A DNA stretch of 64,000 nucleotides. It comes from Neoconidiobolus thromboides FSU 785 (Eukaryota; Fungi; Entomophthoromycota). The DNA lies in assembly GCA_025603075.1 (NCBI GenBank), contig MU626284.1, positions 96,170-160,169 of the forward strand. The letters are read 5' to 3'. Under the pieces are notes generated by a model, which did not search any database, had not been told where the DNA came from, and was given only the letters and a program-made list of their open reading frames with translations. The translations under genes were made by a program, and so were the position numbers. Shown here piece by piece: positions 36,012 through 49,307 of the stretch (its first letter is position 1; every line of letters starts with the position of its first letter).

Positions 36012-36256
36012 CTTTTTGAAGTAGAAATTTAGACAATTTAATTAAAGTAAGTGGTAAAAGAATTTTAAGGTATCAAGAATTTTATTAGATTTAAAAATGG
36101 AAATTCATTTGTTAAAATTCATTTAAAAATTAATAAATTAAACTATTACTAATCTTGTATTTTATTAAAAATTATCTTTAAAAACCAAATAGTAGCATCA
36201 AAATAATATTAAAAGGATACATAAAAAAGGTTTAAAAAATATTCAAGACTTTATAA

Positions 36257-37973
36257 ATGAAACAAACATCTTGTGTTAATTGCAAAAAAGGAAAGAGGAA
36301 GTGTTCTAGAGATCAACCGAAATGTGAAAGATGTCAAAAGTTAAAAAAGAACTGTGTTTATATAGAAGTAGTAAACAAAAAAATATGTTTAGAACAAAAG
36401 ATGGCGAAGATAGAATACTGTTATAAAATAATCAAAAAAACAGCACTTCAAAGTAAGCTATAATTGTAAAAAACATTAACGTTTCTTATGTTTATTTTAG
36501 ATCAACTTGAAGTATATAAAAACTTAATATCACATTATTTTACCAATTTCGGTGTTTTTATACCATTTATACAATTACAAAAAGGATTAAAAGCTATTGA
36601 ATATGAACCACATAACTCTCTTTTAGCTAACGCTTTATGTATTCTCCCTTATCAGTTTTATTTAAAAGAAAACAACATATTAAATAACAAAGGATCTGAT
36701 AATAAAAATCCATTCTATACAAGAGCAACTACTTTACTTACTTCTTTAACTGATAACTCCGATTTAGACACTATACAAAGTTTATTATTGATCTCTTATT
36801 ATGAACTTGGTGAAAGCCAGCTACCAATATCACTAAAACATTTATGTAAGATAACTTGATATTTGGTTTAATCTTTACTAACTTATTTTTTAGCCCAAGC
36901 AGTGAGGTACTTATATCAAATTATATAACTAACAATTACTTATAAGTTCAAAGTAAAGCACATACATTGGATTTAGATAAATCCACTTTCAAACTACTTA
37001 CCCAAGATCCGGATTTACAAGTTGAATATATAGCTACTTGGTCAACTTGTCAATTTTTTGATTTATTTACGTCTACTTTTGCAGCACATCCACCAATCAC
37101 ATATAAAAAGGCAGATTATGAACAACTTGAAAATGATGTAGAAAAAGGAGTATTTAGTATTCAAGAGTTTGAAATCAATGGGATAATAGAAAAGCCTCCT
37201 TTTGAGCCAATTGTAAATTTAATTTAGGTATAATAACTAATACTAAATCTATTTAGGAGTTTTCCGAATATTTAGATTCTATAGCTATATGTTTATCGCT
37301 TAACCTTAAATCTAAAACATCAAGATTATTTTTAAATACAGTAGCTTATGGTAAAGCAGCACAATATATTTTACATTGCTTTGTTTATCGAAAACAATTA
37401 GCTGATGGGCTTATTTCAGCAGATAAATTTATAGACAAAGTAACCAAAGCTTTGAATCTAGTTCGCTCCATATTGCCATATGATGTTAATGTCAACTATT
37501 TATCTAATATTTATGACTTAAATGATCCATTTGATTTTCATTTTGCTTGTTTATTTTTTACCATTGTATTGTTTGAAGTTTATATATTAAGAATGTTTGG
37601 TAAAGGGCTAGAAAAAGGATATTGGAAAGTAGTAAAGAATCCAGAGCATTTCAATCATCGATTGTATGAAAGATTACGAGCTGGATACAATGTACTTAAT
37701 CATAATGTTCCTAAATTCTGGATCCCGTTGGAAAAAACCAACTTTGCTATCGCTGGTTTTTCTTTAATGGCCATTTATTATTTTTATGATAATCCGAATT
37801 CAGTGGCACAAAAAGAGATGGAATTAACTTATACAACTTTTTATAGAAACTTGGAGTTTTGGCCACTTTTATATAATTTGATGTATACTAGATGTAAAGG
37901 TTCTTTACAATTAGCTAGACAAATATTTCCTGATATTGATTCGATTGTTTCTTGCAAACTATATCTGGCATGA
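36257..37973 (+). CDS. Zn(II)2Cys6 fungal transcription factor with a middle homology region, 5 exons
   Basis: CVNCKKGKRKCSRDQPKCERCQKLKKNC binuclear cluster. The four ORF-track pieces join in frame via introns 36452-36500, 36846-36893, 36907-36953 and 37213-37256. Confidence 0.9.
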
Positions 37974-40582
37974 ATGGTTTATATTAAGCTATTTACTGCT
38001 GTGGCTATCGTTGATTGTTGTTCAATTTAAGTTGAAAATGCCTTTTAGTTGGATTATTTGTTTTATGAGTTTATTAATAAGCTGTTGTGAGGATAATTGA
38101 TTGTTTTTAGTATTGAACCCTATTAAATAAAAATGAACGTATTTTTATTCCAACATTTTGTCTACCTTTTATTCAATACTGAAAAAGCATAAACTTAGCA
38201 TTATATAAATAAAAAAGAAAATTAAAATGAAATGAAAAGGAGGGGTTTGAAAATTTGAAACTAGTTATCTTGAAAAATAAAACTTCAAATTTACTAAACC
38301 CACGAATTCTGGCCGTTGAGATGCAAGAACATAAACAATCATATATTTTGTTGAATTTAAACTATTCAATTTAATATGATTAAAATCACTAAGCTTCATA
38401 CCTTTCAAATCCCAACGACCATAATAAAGCTCAACTAGATGTCTTAAATAACCTTTCTTGGTCAATAAGTTCCTAAAATCAGGAATTGGTTCTATAACTT
38501 TCCTTCTGTTAAGAAATTGAGTTATAAATTATCAGCGAGTTGTGGCTTATAATTAGGTAAGAGTTGTATGGACATATTAATTTCAATTAAAATACAAAGA
38601 CAAAGGAATTGATAATTGCGTATATTTTTCAAGCAAATTGATATTTAATTACCAAAATTTAGTTTACTTATTAAAGTATAGAATTAAGAAATAAGATAGT
38701 AGAATGTAACTCAAAATAAAATCTAAGAATATATATAGCTTTTAGTCACTTTTTATGTAGCGTAAAATTTTAAAATTATTAAAAGTTTCAAAAGATTAAT
38801 GTCCCAAGTAAGCGCTTCTAAATCAAATAAATGATAAACTTTGAATTTCATTAATAAAATGTATTTCGAACTTAAATTTAATATAAAATAATTTGATTTA
38901 TAAAAATATACATTTTAATAACATCAAAATATTTAATAATCTTTTCCTATTTACAACAATTCAAATATTATTTTTAAACATATTAAAGCCTCCAATTGAA
39001 TCCCACAAGTTCAAATCAGTTTAAATTCGACATACAATATTCTTCATTATGTTCTTCAAGTTTAATAAATGTGGTTATGTTGACTCTTCAAAAATTTATT
39101 TTTGATTGATTTTTAAAGCTTTTCACTTAAAAATCCCCTCACTTACCCATTTTGATTAAATGGCCAGGTGGATTAAGCCGGGTTCTGAGATTAACTTTGT
39201 TAACCGACAAAGATATGTAATGGAACTGACTACCACCGTACGTTTGTACACAAATGGTATATTTCTATAATTATTTTAATATAAACAAGTAGAAAGTGTA
39301 GAATCAGGATCATTAAGCTAGGGTTGTGTTTCTTATGTAGTTCTCTAATTTACAAGCTTAATGACAAATTAAATTATTTAGTGTCATGTAGTAAAGAATT
39401 TTTATCTTTTATTTTTCAACTTGTTGAAAAAATCTTAAACATACTGAAATGACAATAATTTCAACTAAAAGTAATGTTAAAAAATAAAAGCTATTAAAGG
39501 AGAAGTAAGATAAAAGATAGTTGAAGTTTAAGCTATGATAGTATCAAATTTAAAGCTTAGATGGATAAATATAAGCTCAAGGCTCAGCTTTTCTCCATTA
39601 TAATTTATCATAAATAAAGTAAACCAAACATCAATACTCAAAAAAAGTAAAAAATCTGATTTTTCTTAAATTAACTATTTAAAAATTCCTTACTTTGAAA
39701 TAATAAAAATCGAATAGAAATACATTTCTAATTATCTTTATTCATGTTTTATCTTTCAAAGCATCACTATTAAACACTATTATATTATTATTTGATAAAA
39801 ATATAAGCGATAAGCTATAAATATATCATTCTAGATAACTTTTCGTTTTTATCAGAGCAAACTCTTTTTTATCCCTGGAAGGCTCCCCCTCTTACCTACC
39901 ACAACATGTTTTTTTAAATGTCAATAGTTCCGCTTTATCTTTGAATGATATAACTCCTATTTAAAAACAAGTATTTAGCTATAAAACTAGCAGTAATAGG
40001 TTTATGTGATGAATCGTAGAATGGGGAAACGGGGCAAAGAATTGTAGTAAGAAGAGCTAAATTAAAAGCAAAGTGAGATCATAAATGCAATCTTGGGGTA
40101 TAGAAAACGAGTTGAAGATATTTGAAAATTCTTACTTTTGTTTAGAGTAATCCCAACCTGTATTTTGTTGCATATTCTAAAACAATTCAAATATCTTTAA
40201 AAGTGTAAGTGGAATGGGAACTATAATAAGCGTTATTAAAATAACTAAGTAACCAAGACAAAATAAGATATAATAATAAGAGGGATAATGATGATGACAT
40301 AGTGATTTGAATTATTATAAATTGGAATGTTTGAATTATTATATGAATTGGAATGTTGAATTTTTATGGAATCTTTTTTAAATGTAGGATTAAAACACCA
40401 AAATAAAATTCTTAATTTAATTCTAAGCCAATGGAATTGCTTTTAAAAAAATCCTGATAGAATTAACAGCCACGTAATGTTAATAGAAACTTAAACTTTT
40501 TAAGTTAGAAAAAATACAAGATTATCATAGTGAGGTCAAACGTATAAAAACCATAAAAAAAAGGGAGAAAAAGACAAAAAAA

Positions 40583-43500
40583 ATGATTCAATCTCATAAA
40601 AAGATACCTTTGGTATTAATATTATTACTGACTCTAACCTTTTGGATGGAGAATATTGTCTCGGTAAAGCCGAGTGATTTTAAGAAGTGTAAGGACAGTG
40701 CCTTTTGTCAAAGAAATAAGAAGCATGCTGAATACAAAAAAGAGCACCCAAAGGATATTTTCTATAAAGTAATAAAGGATACTATCCAATTTGAAAACAG
40801 TGAATTCCAAGCCAATATATTAAATATCAAAGATAACGTTGAGTTGGTGTTACAAGTTTCTATTTTGGAACATTTGGTTACTAGAGTTAAGGTTTTTGAA
40901 AAAGACGGGATTCATAAGAGATATGACCAAGTTAAAGAACATGCCTTGGTTGGAGAACCTAAGTTAATTAGTAGTAAAAAGCTAAAGGAGACTAAGAAAG
41001 ATAACTTGTTTACCATCCAAAGTGAGGACTTTAAAGTGAGCATCCAAAATGAACCTTTTAAATTGGACTTTTATTTAAAAAAGGAGAATGTTGTTACTTT
41101 TAATGAAAGAGATCTCTTCCGTTTTGAGCATTATAGAAAAAGGGAAGAAGTAAAACAGAAGGCAATTGAATCTGAAACTGTAAGCGATGGTGAAAAAAAG
41201 ATAGCAGTAGAAGAAAAAGAAGAAGAAGGATTATGGGAAGAAACATTCAATGGTCATACTGATGTTAAAAAACATGGTAATTAAAAATGAACTGTTATAT
41301 TGACTTATATTAATAAATCATTAGGTCCCTCTTCTATCGGATTTGATGTTACCTTTCATGAGTTTGAACATGTTTATGGTATCCCTCAACATGCTTCCAA
41401 TTTATCATTAAAAAGTACAGAGTAAGTATTTAATTTATTTTTGTATTATATTTAATTAACTTATGAATCATAGTGGTACAGAAAATCAATACAGTGAACC
41501 TTATCGTTTATACAATCTTGATGTATTCGAATATGAAATCGATAACCCAATGGCTTTATATGGGTCTATCCCATTTATGGTTGCTCATAATAAAAAGCAT
41601 TCCGCTGGTTTGTTTTGGTTAAATGCCGCTGAGATGTGGATTGATGTTGAAAAGCAAGAAGTTAAAAAACATACTAAAGTAAATAACTTTAATTTATTAA
41701 CATTAATGACAATAGTAATTAAAATATTTAACAGTCTTCCCATACGCATTGGATCAGTGAAAGTGGATTATTAGATGTATTTGTTTTTGTAGAAAAAGAC
41801 ACCAAACAAGTATTAAAGCGATATGGAGAGTTAACTGGGTTTACAGCGTTACCAACCACATTTGCGTTAGCTTATCATCAATGTCGTTGGAATTATATTA
41901 ATGAAAAGGACGTTTTGGAAGTGAACGATAATTTTGATAAATATGATATCCCATATGATGTCATTTGGTTAGATATCGAACACACCCAAGGTAAAAAGTA
42001 TTTCACTTGGGATCAAGATAAATTCCCCAATCCTGAATCTATGCAAGATCAAATTGCTGCTTCTGGAAGAAAAATGGTTGCCATTGTTGATCCTCATATT
42101 AAAAGAGAAGATGATTATTATGTTTACAAAGAAGCTACAGATTTAGGTTATTTTGTCAAAAATCCGTCTGGTGCTGATTTCGATGGTTGGTGCTGGCCAG
42201 GTAGCTCTTCTTGGGTTGATTACACACGTAAAGAAGCATGCGATTGGTGGAGTAAGAAATTTCAACTTGATGAATATAAGCACTCAACTAAAAACTTATA
42301 TGTATGGAACGATATGAATGAACCTTCCGTCTTTAATGGACCTGAAATTACAATGCAAAAGAACTTGTTACATTATAATGAAGTAGAACATAGAGATGTT
42401 CATAACATGTTTGGTATGTTATTTCATCGTAGTACATCTCATGGTATTGTTAAAAGAACAACACCAAACCAGCGTCCATTTGTTTTATCTCGTGCTTTCT
42501 TTGCAGGTACTCAACGTTTTGGAGCTATCTGGACAGGTGATAATGGCGCTACTTGGGAATATCTCGGTGTTTCCACACCTATGTTGCTTACCATTGGTTT
42601 AAGTGGTATCCCATTTTCAGGTGCTGATGTTGGTGGCTTCTTTGGTAATCCAGATCCTGAATTATTGGTTCGTTGGTATCAAACTGGTGCATTCCAACCC
42701 TTCTTTAGAGCTCATGCCCATATTGATACTAAACGTAGGGAACCTTGGGTACTTGGTGAACCCTATACTTCTCAAATACGTACTGCTATTCGTTCAAGAT
42801 ATCAATTATTACCTTACTGGTATACTTTGTTGTTTGAAGCAAGTATCAATGGTACTCCAGCTATGAGGTAAACTAATACTGTATATAGTATATCATATCA
42901 ATTTACTAATGCTTTTATTTTAGACCTATGTTCTTAGAATTCCCTAAGGACGAATCTGTGTTTGGTATGGATGATCAGTATATGGTCGGAAGTGGCTTAT
43001 TAGTTAAGCCAATCACTAAACCAGGAGTTACAGAGATTGATATCTATTTACCAGGGGATGAAGTAACATTATATATGATTTGATGTATGATGAAACTAAT
43101 ACAATATTTAATAGGATTGGTATAATTATTACAATTATAAAAATATCAAGAGTGGTAAACATGTAATTAAAACCGAAGTTGACTCAATCCCAGTTTTCAT
43201 TCGCTCTGGTGAAATCATTACTCAAAAGAGTAGAATCCGTCGTTCTTCTACCTTAATGTTAAAAGATCCTATCACCCTCTTAGTTACTGTTGATAATGAT
43301 GTAATTTTATAATACTTTAATGTGATAATATATACTAATCATGTTTAGGGCAAAGCTAAGGGTAAACTTTACTTTGACGATGGTATGAGTTATGATTACT
43401 TAAGAAAGGGATATGCTTATAGAGAGTTCAAACTTAAAGATAATAAATTAACCAACCATGCAGTGGATAATAAAACATATTCCATTGTCAACCCATTACC

Positions 43501-43735
43501 TTTTGAACCTGAGTATCCTGTTGAAACACCTTCTGAAGGGCTGAAAGAGTTCTTTAAAGGTGTTCGTGTTGAAAAAATTGTGTTCTTAAATATCAAAAAG
43601 AGCCCCAAGAAGGTGGTTTGCTTAAAATGTGGTCGTGAAGTTGAATTTAACTTCAATAAACAAGAGAAAATACTTACCGTCAAGGATCCTAAACTTATGG
43701 TAGCTGAAGATTGGTCCCTTGGACTAGACTATTAA
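40583..43735 (+). CDS. ROT2: ER glucosidase II alpha subunit (GH31), multi-exon
   Basis: Signal peptide, [25 protein letters not shown], catalytic [22 protein letters not shown] and [16 protein letters not shown]. Confidence 0.95.
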
Positions 43736-43865
43736 TTTTTTTAATAATAAAAGTTACAGTTTATTGTTAATTTTTAGTATTTGCTAATTTGAAGTATTGT
43801 TGTAAAAAAACAAATTCTATTTATTATAATAAAAAAAGGTAAAAATTTTAAAATTATTTAAAAGC

Positions 43866-44745
43866 TTATAAAATATTCCATAATTCTTCAAAGGCACAGG
43901 TTAATTTACCGCAAGCTACTGAAGCAGATAAGGGGTAAGAAGAAATCGATATCTTTTCATCTACATATTGATCGGCAAAGTTATCTTCACCGTGAGCTAA
44001 AGCTCCAATAGCTACTACTAAACTTTGATCCTCTGGTAGCTTTTTAACATATTGATTTACGTTAATTAATGGAGCGTCATATGAGAAACCTAATTTAAGT
44101 TTTGTTTAGTTTTGTTCTATTTTTTGAAAAGTAATATTACATATTTTTTTGCAGTTACTTGGCAAATGATCGGTGATGGGGTTCTTAATTACTTTTAGTA
44201 ATTTTTCATTACTTGTAGTGGAGCGTACGGATAATTTATGTAATAATTGAACTAATAACTGATAAGTATAAAACCTCGAAATAAAATATTAAATCTATAC
44301 CCATTAATCCAGCGAATCTGCGGAAAGTTCTTGGTATACGTACATGTGGGTTGATTTCAATCAATACATTTTTAGTTGTATGAATAAATACTTGTAATTT
44401 TCCAGCTTTATTTAAAGGAGAATCTAATAATGTTAACAAACACTATAATGCTGATTAAATTTAAGCATCGATTTTTAAAAAATGCCTTACTTGATGGGTG
44501 ATATCAGGTCTTGAATCCGTTATGTCTTTACCGAGTTTCAATAAAATCCTTTGATGTTCATCACAATTCAATAACTGATATTTAGCATCACTACTTTTAC
44601 CAACTTTATAAGTTTCTAAAGAAGCGCTTTCTAAGATTACTATCAATCTACGAGTATTTTCCTTTTCTATTGTTGTTTTGGGCACTTTAGGTGCCATTGG
44701 TACCATATGTACGTTCTTCAAGTCTCCGTTTGTTGCGTTTGCCAT
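43866..44745 (-). CDS. EMG1: 18S rRNA pseudouridine N1-methyltransferase EMG1/NEP1, multi-exon
   Basis: [55 protein letters not shown] and C-terminal AFEELWNIL. Confidence 0.95.
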
Positions 44746-45125
44746 TTCTATTTTGTAAGGTTTTATATAATTTAAAAATTGAAAACAATTTCGGTTATTT
44801 GGAATTAAAATGAGTTTGGTTTGCTGGGGATTTTGTAATGGGATTTAAATTCGAAAATAATTAACGTTATAAAAAAGAAGGATTAGCCCAAAGTCCAATA
44901 AATTATTTTTAATAGAAAGGGATAGTAATTTTAAAGTAACGGATATGGCTACTAAATCCAGAATAGTTCACCAGTAGGCACCACTGATTGGTTAAAGCAA
45001 GGGAATTTAAAAACGAGCTATTTTAAAAAAAATACAAAAAAAGTTTATAAATCATAGTTTTGTCTTTATAAAAAATATAATCCAACATACTTGCACCAAC
45101 TGTATTTGAGTCTTTATTAACCACC

Positions 45126-46103
45126 ATGTTGGATTTTTTGAATTTTTTCGATCTTAAATACACTACAGTAGCTATCCTCTTGTTCATCTCTTTATTTCAA
45201 TTCTCAAGCAAAGTGCGATTTATTGTTCGCTGCATCATCCTTGCTAACTGTTATTTTGTAACTGGGTTTTTAGGAGTAGTAGTATCAGTAATATGTCGAG
45301 TTCTTGGTAAAGAAGCATACGTTCATTATATAACTGGGAGATTTTTTTCATTTATATCACAATTATTCTTAAATGTTAAGTTTAATGTGTTAGATGACTC
45401 AGTGATCAAAGAATACAATGGAAAACCAGCTATATATATTGGTAACCATCAATCCACTTTAGACGTTTCATTTTTAGGTACAATTTACCCTAAGAATACT
45501 GCCATCATTGTTAAGAAGTCATTAAGATATGTACCATTCCTTGGACAGTATTGTAAGTTTCTTAATATTTTTAAAAGGTCTTGTTATTTACATTATTAGT
45601 AATGTTCTCAAACACATTAATGATTGATCGTCAAAATGCAAAGCAAGCCATTGATCAATCTAATGAACTTGCTAGACGAATGACCGAGAAGCAGGTAAAT
45701 ATTAACTATATAGTTAGTGAATAGCAACTAATAATTAAGATGGGCGTTTTTGTTTATGCAGAAGGCACTAGATCTGGGTTTGAAACTCCAGACCTTTTAC
45801 CCTTTAAGAAAGGAGCTTTCCATCTAGCTATTCAAACTGGATTTCCAATTATTCCAATAGTATACTCTAATACCAGTCATATCTTTAATATGAAGAAATG
45901 GAGGTTTGAGTCTGGTGGTATGGGAATGAAAGGTAATTTAGATATCAGTTGTTTTATTCAAGGATTATTCTAATAACTTAGTATTGCCACCTATCATTAC
46001 TAAAGGTAAAACTAAAGATGATCTTGAAGACCTTATGGAAGAAACTCATAAAGCAATGAAGGATTGCTTAAAAGAAATTTCGCAGATTGACTACTCGAAA
46101 TAA
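45126..46103 (+). CDS. SLC1: 1-acyl-sn-glycerol-3-phosphate acyltransferase (LPAAT), 4 exons
   Basis: NHQSTLD (HX4D) motif, KKSLRYVPFLG, IDRQN, YAEGTRS and LLPFKKGAFHLA. Confidence 0.93.
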
Positions 46104-46499
46104 TTAATTTTTTATAAATTTGTTTTTTATTAACATTGTCCTAACTTCAAAGCGCTTATAAATTTTTAATTTTTTTACTTCATGTTTTTAGTTGCTATTT
46201 TTAATTAATTTTAACTATCAAATTAATTTATATTTATTTAACAGAGTAATAATATTTTTATATACTTTACAAGTTTAAACTGTTAAATATAAATTATTAT
46301 AAAATGCCAATATGTCATAACAGTTAAACTCAGGCTCATTTAGATTAAAACTAAAATAAGTTGATGAAAAGAAAATTCGAACTTTCTAATTAAAACCTCA
46401 ATTGTCCTCACTGTGGGCTTTAAATAAAAATTATTAATTTTTAAAGTATAAAAGGGGCTAAACTAACAATCTTGAAAAAAAGAATTAATAAAAAATACA

Positions 46500-47264
46500 A
46501 TGATAAAATCTAAATTTCAAGCTATTATTAGAAAAATATTCGGACCAAATGAAGGTAATGGCGACTTAGATGCATTGAAGCTATCATATTTGAATTTAGA
46601 TAATGAGTTTTATTGGAACATACTTAATGCAGCTGGTAAAAAATACCAAATGAAAATCAATAGGCAAGAAATCTATCTACTTTGCGATAGTAATGAGCTA
46701 CACGTTCAAATGAACTTTGAAGAGATAATGGCCGGAAAAAGTCTTCAGATGAAGTTTATGATCATGGATGGAGTTGAAAAGAATATAGCAACTTTGATAC
46801 CTATCAATAGTATGGAGTGGCAGCTTCATACCATGAACAATGATAAAACATTTTCGATCAAACTGAGAGGCGATATGTGTAAAATAATCTACAGTAAAGA
46901 GAATATAGGCAGCTACATGGCTAAATCAAGCATCGAAGGTACCTTCAAACTATACAAAATCATTGATCTAACAGATAGGATATTGATTGTACTTGCTTAT
47001 GCTTTACTCAATCATCTATTGAAGTGTTTCTTAACCTCAGTTCACCCAGATACCAAAAACTCAAAGAGAGCTATCATGAGCTTTGATTTTGGTAAAATTA
47101 TTGCTTTATCATTCGGAAAAAAGGGTTACGAAGCATATTTAAATAAGAGTTTTATTGAAGATGGGTTTGCTAAAGAATACAATTTTACGTCAATCTTTGG
47201 TACAGTTGGTCAATTTGACTTACAACATGGAGGTTGCGGTGCTGGTGCTGGTGATTGCTTTTAA
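46500..47264 (+). CDS. Uncharacterised 254-aa protein (beta-rich N-part, possibly tubby-C/LURP-one-like)
   Basis: Intronless ORF with an ATG start and coding-like composition. The fold is guessed only from the alternating hydrophobic pattern. Confidence 0.65.
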   Translation: MIKSKFQAIIRKIFGPNEGNGDLDALKLSYLNLDNEFYWNILNAAGKKYQMKINRQEIYLLCDSNELHVQMNFEEIMAGKSLQMKFMIMDGVEKNIATLIPINSMEWQLHTMNNDKTFSIKLRGDMCKIIYSKENIGSYMAKSSIEGTFKLYKIIDLTDRILIVLAYALLNHLLKCFLTSVHPDTKNSKRAIMSFDFGKIIALSFGKKGYEAYLNKSFIEDGFAKEYNFTSIFGTVGQFDLQHGGCGAGAGDCF

Positions 47265-47444
47265 TTTTAAGCTTTACTTTTTTAGTTAACTTTATATTTT
47301 AAAGTCATGAATTTAGATCAATATCTAGCTTTGTTCTCATCTTGTTTTTGTTGTTTCTAATAAATATTATAACTTACCTTTTTGATATTTATTGTTCCTT
47401 TTATTTGACTCAAGAACTAACAAATCACATTTAGAACAATGTAT

Positions 47445-47539
47445 GGGGATATGTTTTTAGGTTAAGAATCTTATTAACAATTCTTCCGCTCAAATAGTAC
47501 TTAAAAATGGAAAAAGCGATGAAATAAAAAAACATCTCC
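47445..47539 (-). mobile_element. MITE copy 8
   Basis: GGGGATAT...ACATCTCC flanked by GTAT/ATAT, with the family core. Confidence 0.8.
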
Positions 47540-47705
47540 ATATGCTCTACATGATGCTCAAAATTCAAAGAGTTTAAAAAGTGGACAAAGTTAGAAACGA
47601 AAAATGACATTCACAATATTTTTAGTTGTAGAATTAAGCACTACGATTGGCTAACTTCATTACTTAATTATTTTGGGTAACTTATCAAGTAATCGTTTTT
47701 TAATA

Positions 47706-48872
47706 ATGACAGAAGGTGTGGAAGTAACAGCTGATGAAATAAACAGAGACGCCTTAGCTGAAACAAATATCAACTGTGAAATAAACATACCACCAATACT
47801 TAATGGAGAAATAGACCCGATAAACCAAATAAAAAATTCACCATATTCTTCTGTATTAACTGGGATTGCTCGTTCTGTAATCATGTATCCTTTATATTTT
47901 TGGTTTCGCGCCCCAATAAAACTGTTCAGGCCAATAAGAATAGATTACTTAGATTTAGCCAGAGCGCTTGTTCCACCTGAACAAATGAAAAAAAAAAGTG
48001 GACAATTAATTAATTTTCGAACTACATCTATTGGGTTGATATCTCATGCAGTCAAAAAAAAGGGGGTGAAATTTATACCAAAGTATGTTTTGCCACCTAT
48101 GTTTATCAATTCGTTTATTGGGATAAGTCTATTTGCCACTTATGATCAAACACTTCCCATCTTCAAGAATTATTTTGACCAAAGTACTTCTTTTTATCTA
48201 GCTGGGTTTATGGCTGGGTTTTCACAATCTATTATAGCAACCCCTTTTGACTCAATAAAAATAAGGATGGAGGCTAAGCAGCTGTTAGATGGAAAGCATA
48301 GGAATATATCGACGTATTATAAATCCACATTGAAACAGTTGGGAGTTAGTGCAGCTTATCGTGGGTTTTTGTTAAATTGTGTAAAAGTAATAATTATTAT
48401 TTATCATTTAATTTTTACTAAAAAGAACTAGGATTCATTAGGATTTGCAGCCTTTTTTGGATTGTTTGAAAATAGCAAAAGATATTTGACAGATCATTAC
48501 GGTATAATAAAAGCACCTGAAACAAAACTAACTTGGGGTCAAGTATTTAAACAAGGAAGTATAGTTGTAGCATCAGGAATTATAGCTGGGACAGGATTCC
48601 AATTTATAGACTACCCTTTAGAAAAAGCCAGAACAATACTATTAGTAAGGGCTGGCAAAATGGAAATTAATCAACCTTATTTCAAAAAACTTTATAGTGG
48701 CACCGCAAAGCAAATACTCAAGCTTATCAAAAGGGAAGGTGCAAGGAATTTTTTCTTTAAAGGATTCGGTAATTCTCTGTACAAAGCTGTTCCTTCTACT
48801 GCAGTTGGTTTTCTTTGTTATGAGTTTATTTCCAATCACTTTGGTCCTGTTACTTATAAAAATCCTTTTTGA
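47706..48872 (+). CDS. Mitochondrial carrier family protein (divergent); intron 48387-48431
   Basis: Carrier signatures TPFDSIKIR and YPLEKART, and GVSAAYRGF/FFKGF motifs. The two ORFs join in frame (CVK|DSLGFAAFFG). Confidence 0.85.
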
Positions 48873-49307
48873 TAATTATTGAGTATTTGTAAATTAATAG
48901 ACATATTAAATAATAGTATAGTTAATGATTATCATGATTTATTTTATTTCAATTAACGATGATAAGGTTTTTAGCTATTTTTGACGCATTATACAAACAG
49001 CATATTAAATTATTTTCACAAAAACTATTAACATTTATTAGCTTATGATTCAAAAGACACTTACCAAATATACAATAAATTCATTGTTAGTAGTATATTC
49101 TAATATAGCTTATAAATATTATTACTATTCTGCTTAATAGTGTTTTATAACCGATTTAAATTTAAAAACCTCTATTAAAATATACATTAAAAACATAAAC
49201 ATCTAAAAAATCATAAAAAACCAGATAACACAAACATAGTTAAATTAAGATTTATTAGAAAACTTGATAAACCTTGTTAAGGTATAATAGCACAATTATT
49301 AAGCTAA

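Noticed and set aside
38265-38465. 66-aa minus-strand ORF
   Set aside because: It has a TTG start and no recognisable motif or splice partners. It may be a relic but cannot be supported.
39139-39260. ACTTACC as the 5' end of U1 snRNA
   Set aside because: It lacks the U1-70K loop (GATCACGAAG), the U1A loop (ATTGCAC) and an Sm site, and is better read as the reverse complement of a splice donor.
40006-40130. Box C motif GTGATGA (also ATGATGA near 12052) as C/D snoRNA
   Set aside because: No CTGA D box or terminal stem was found at a suitable distance.
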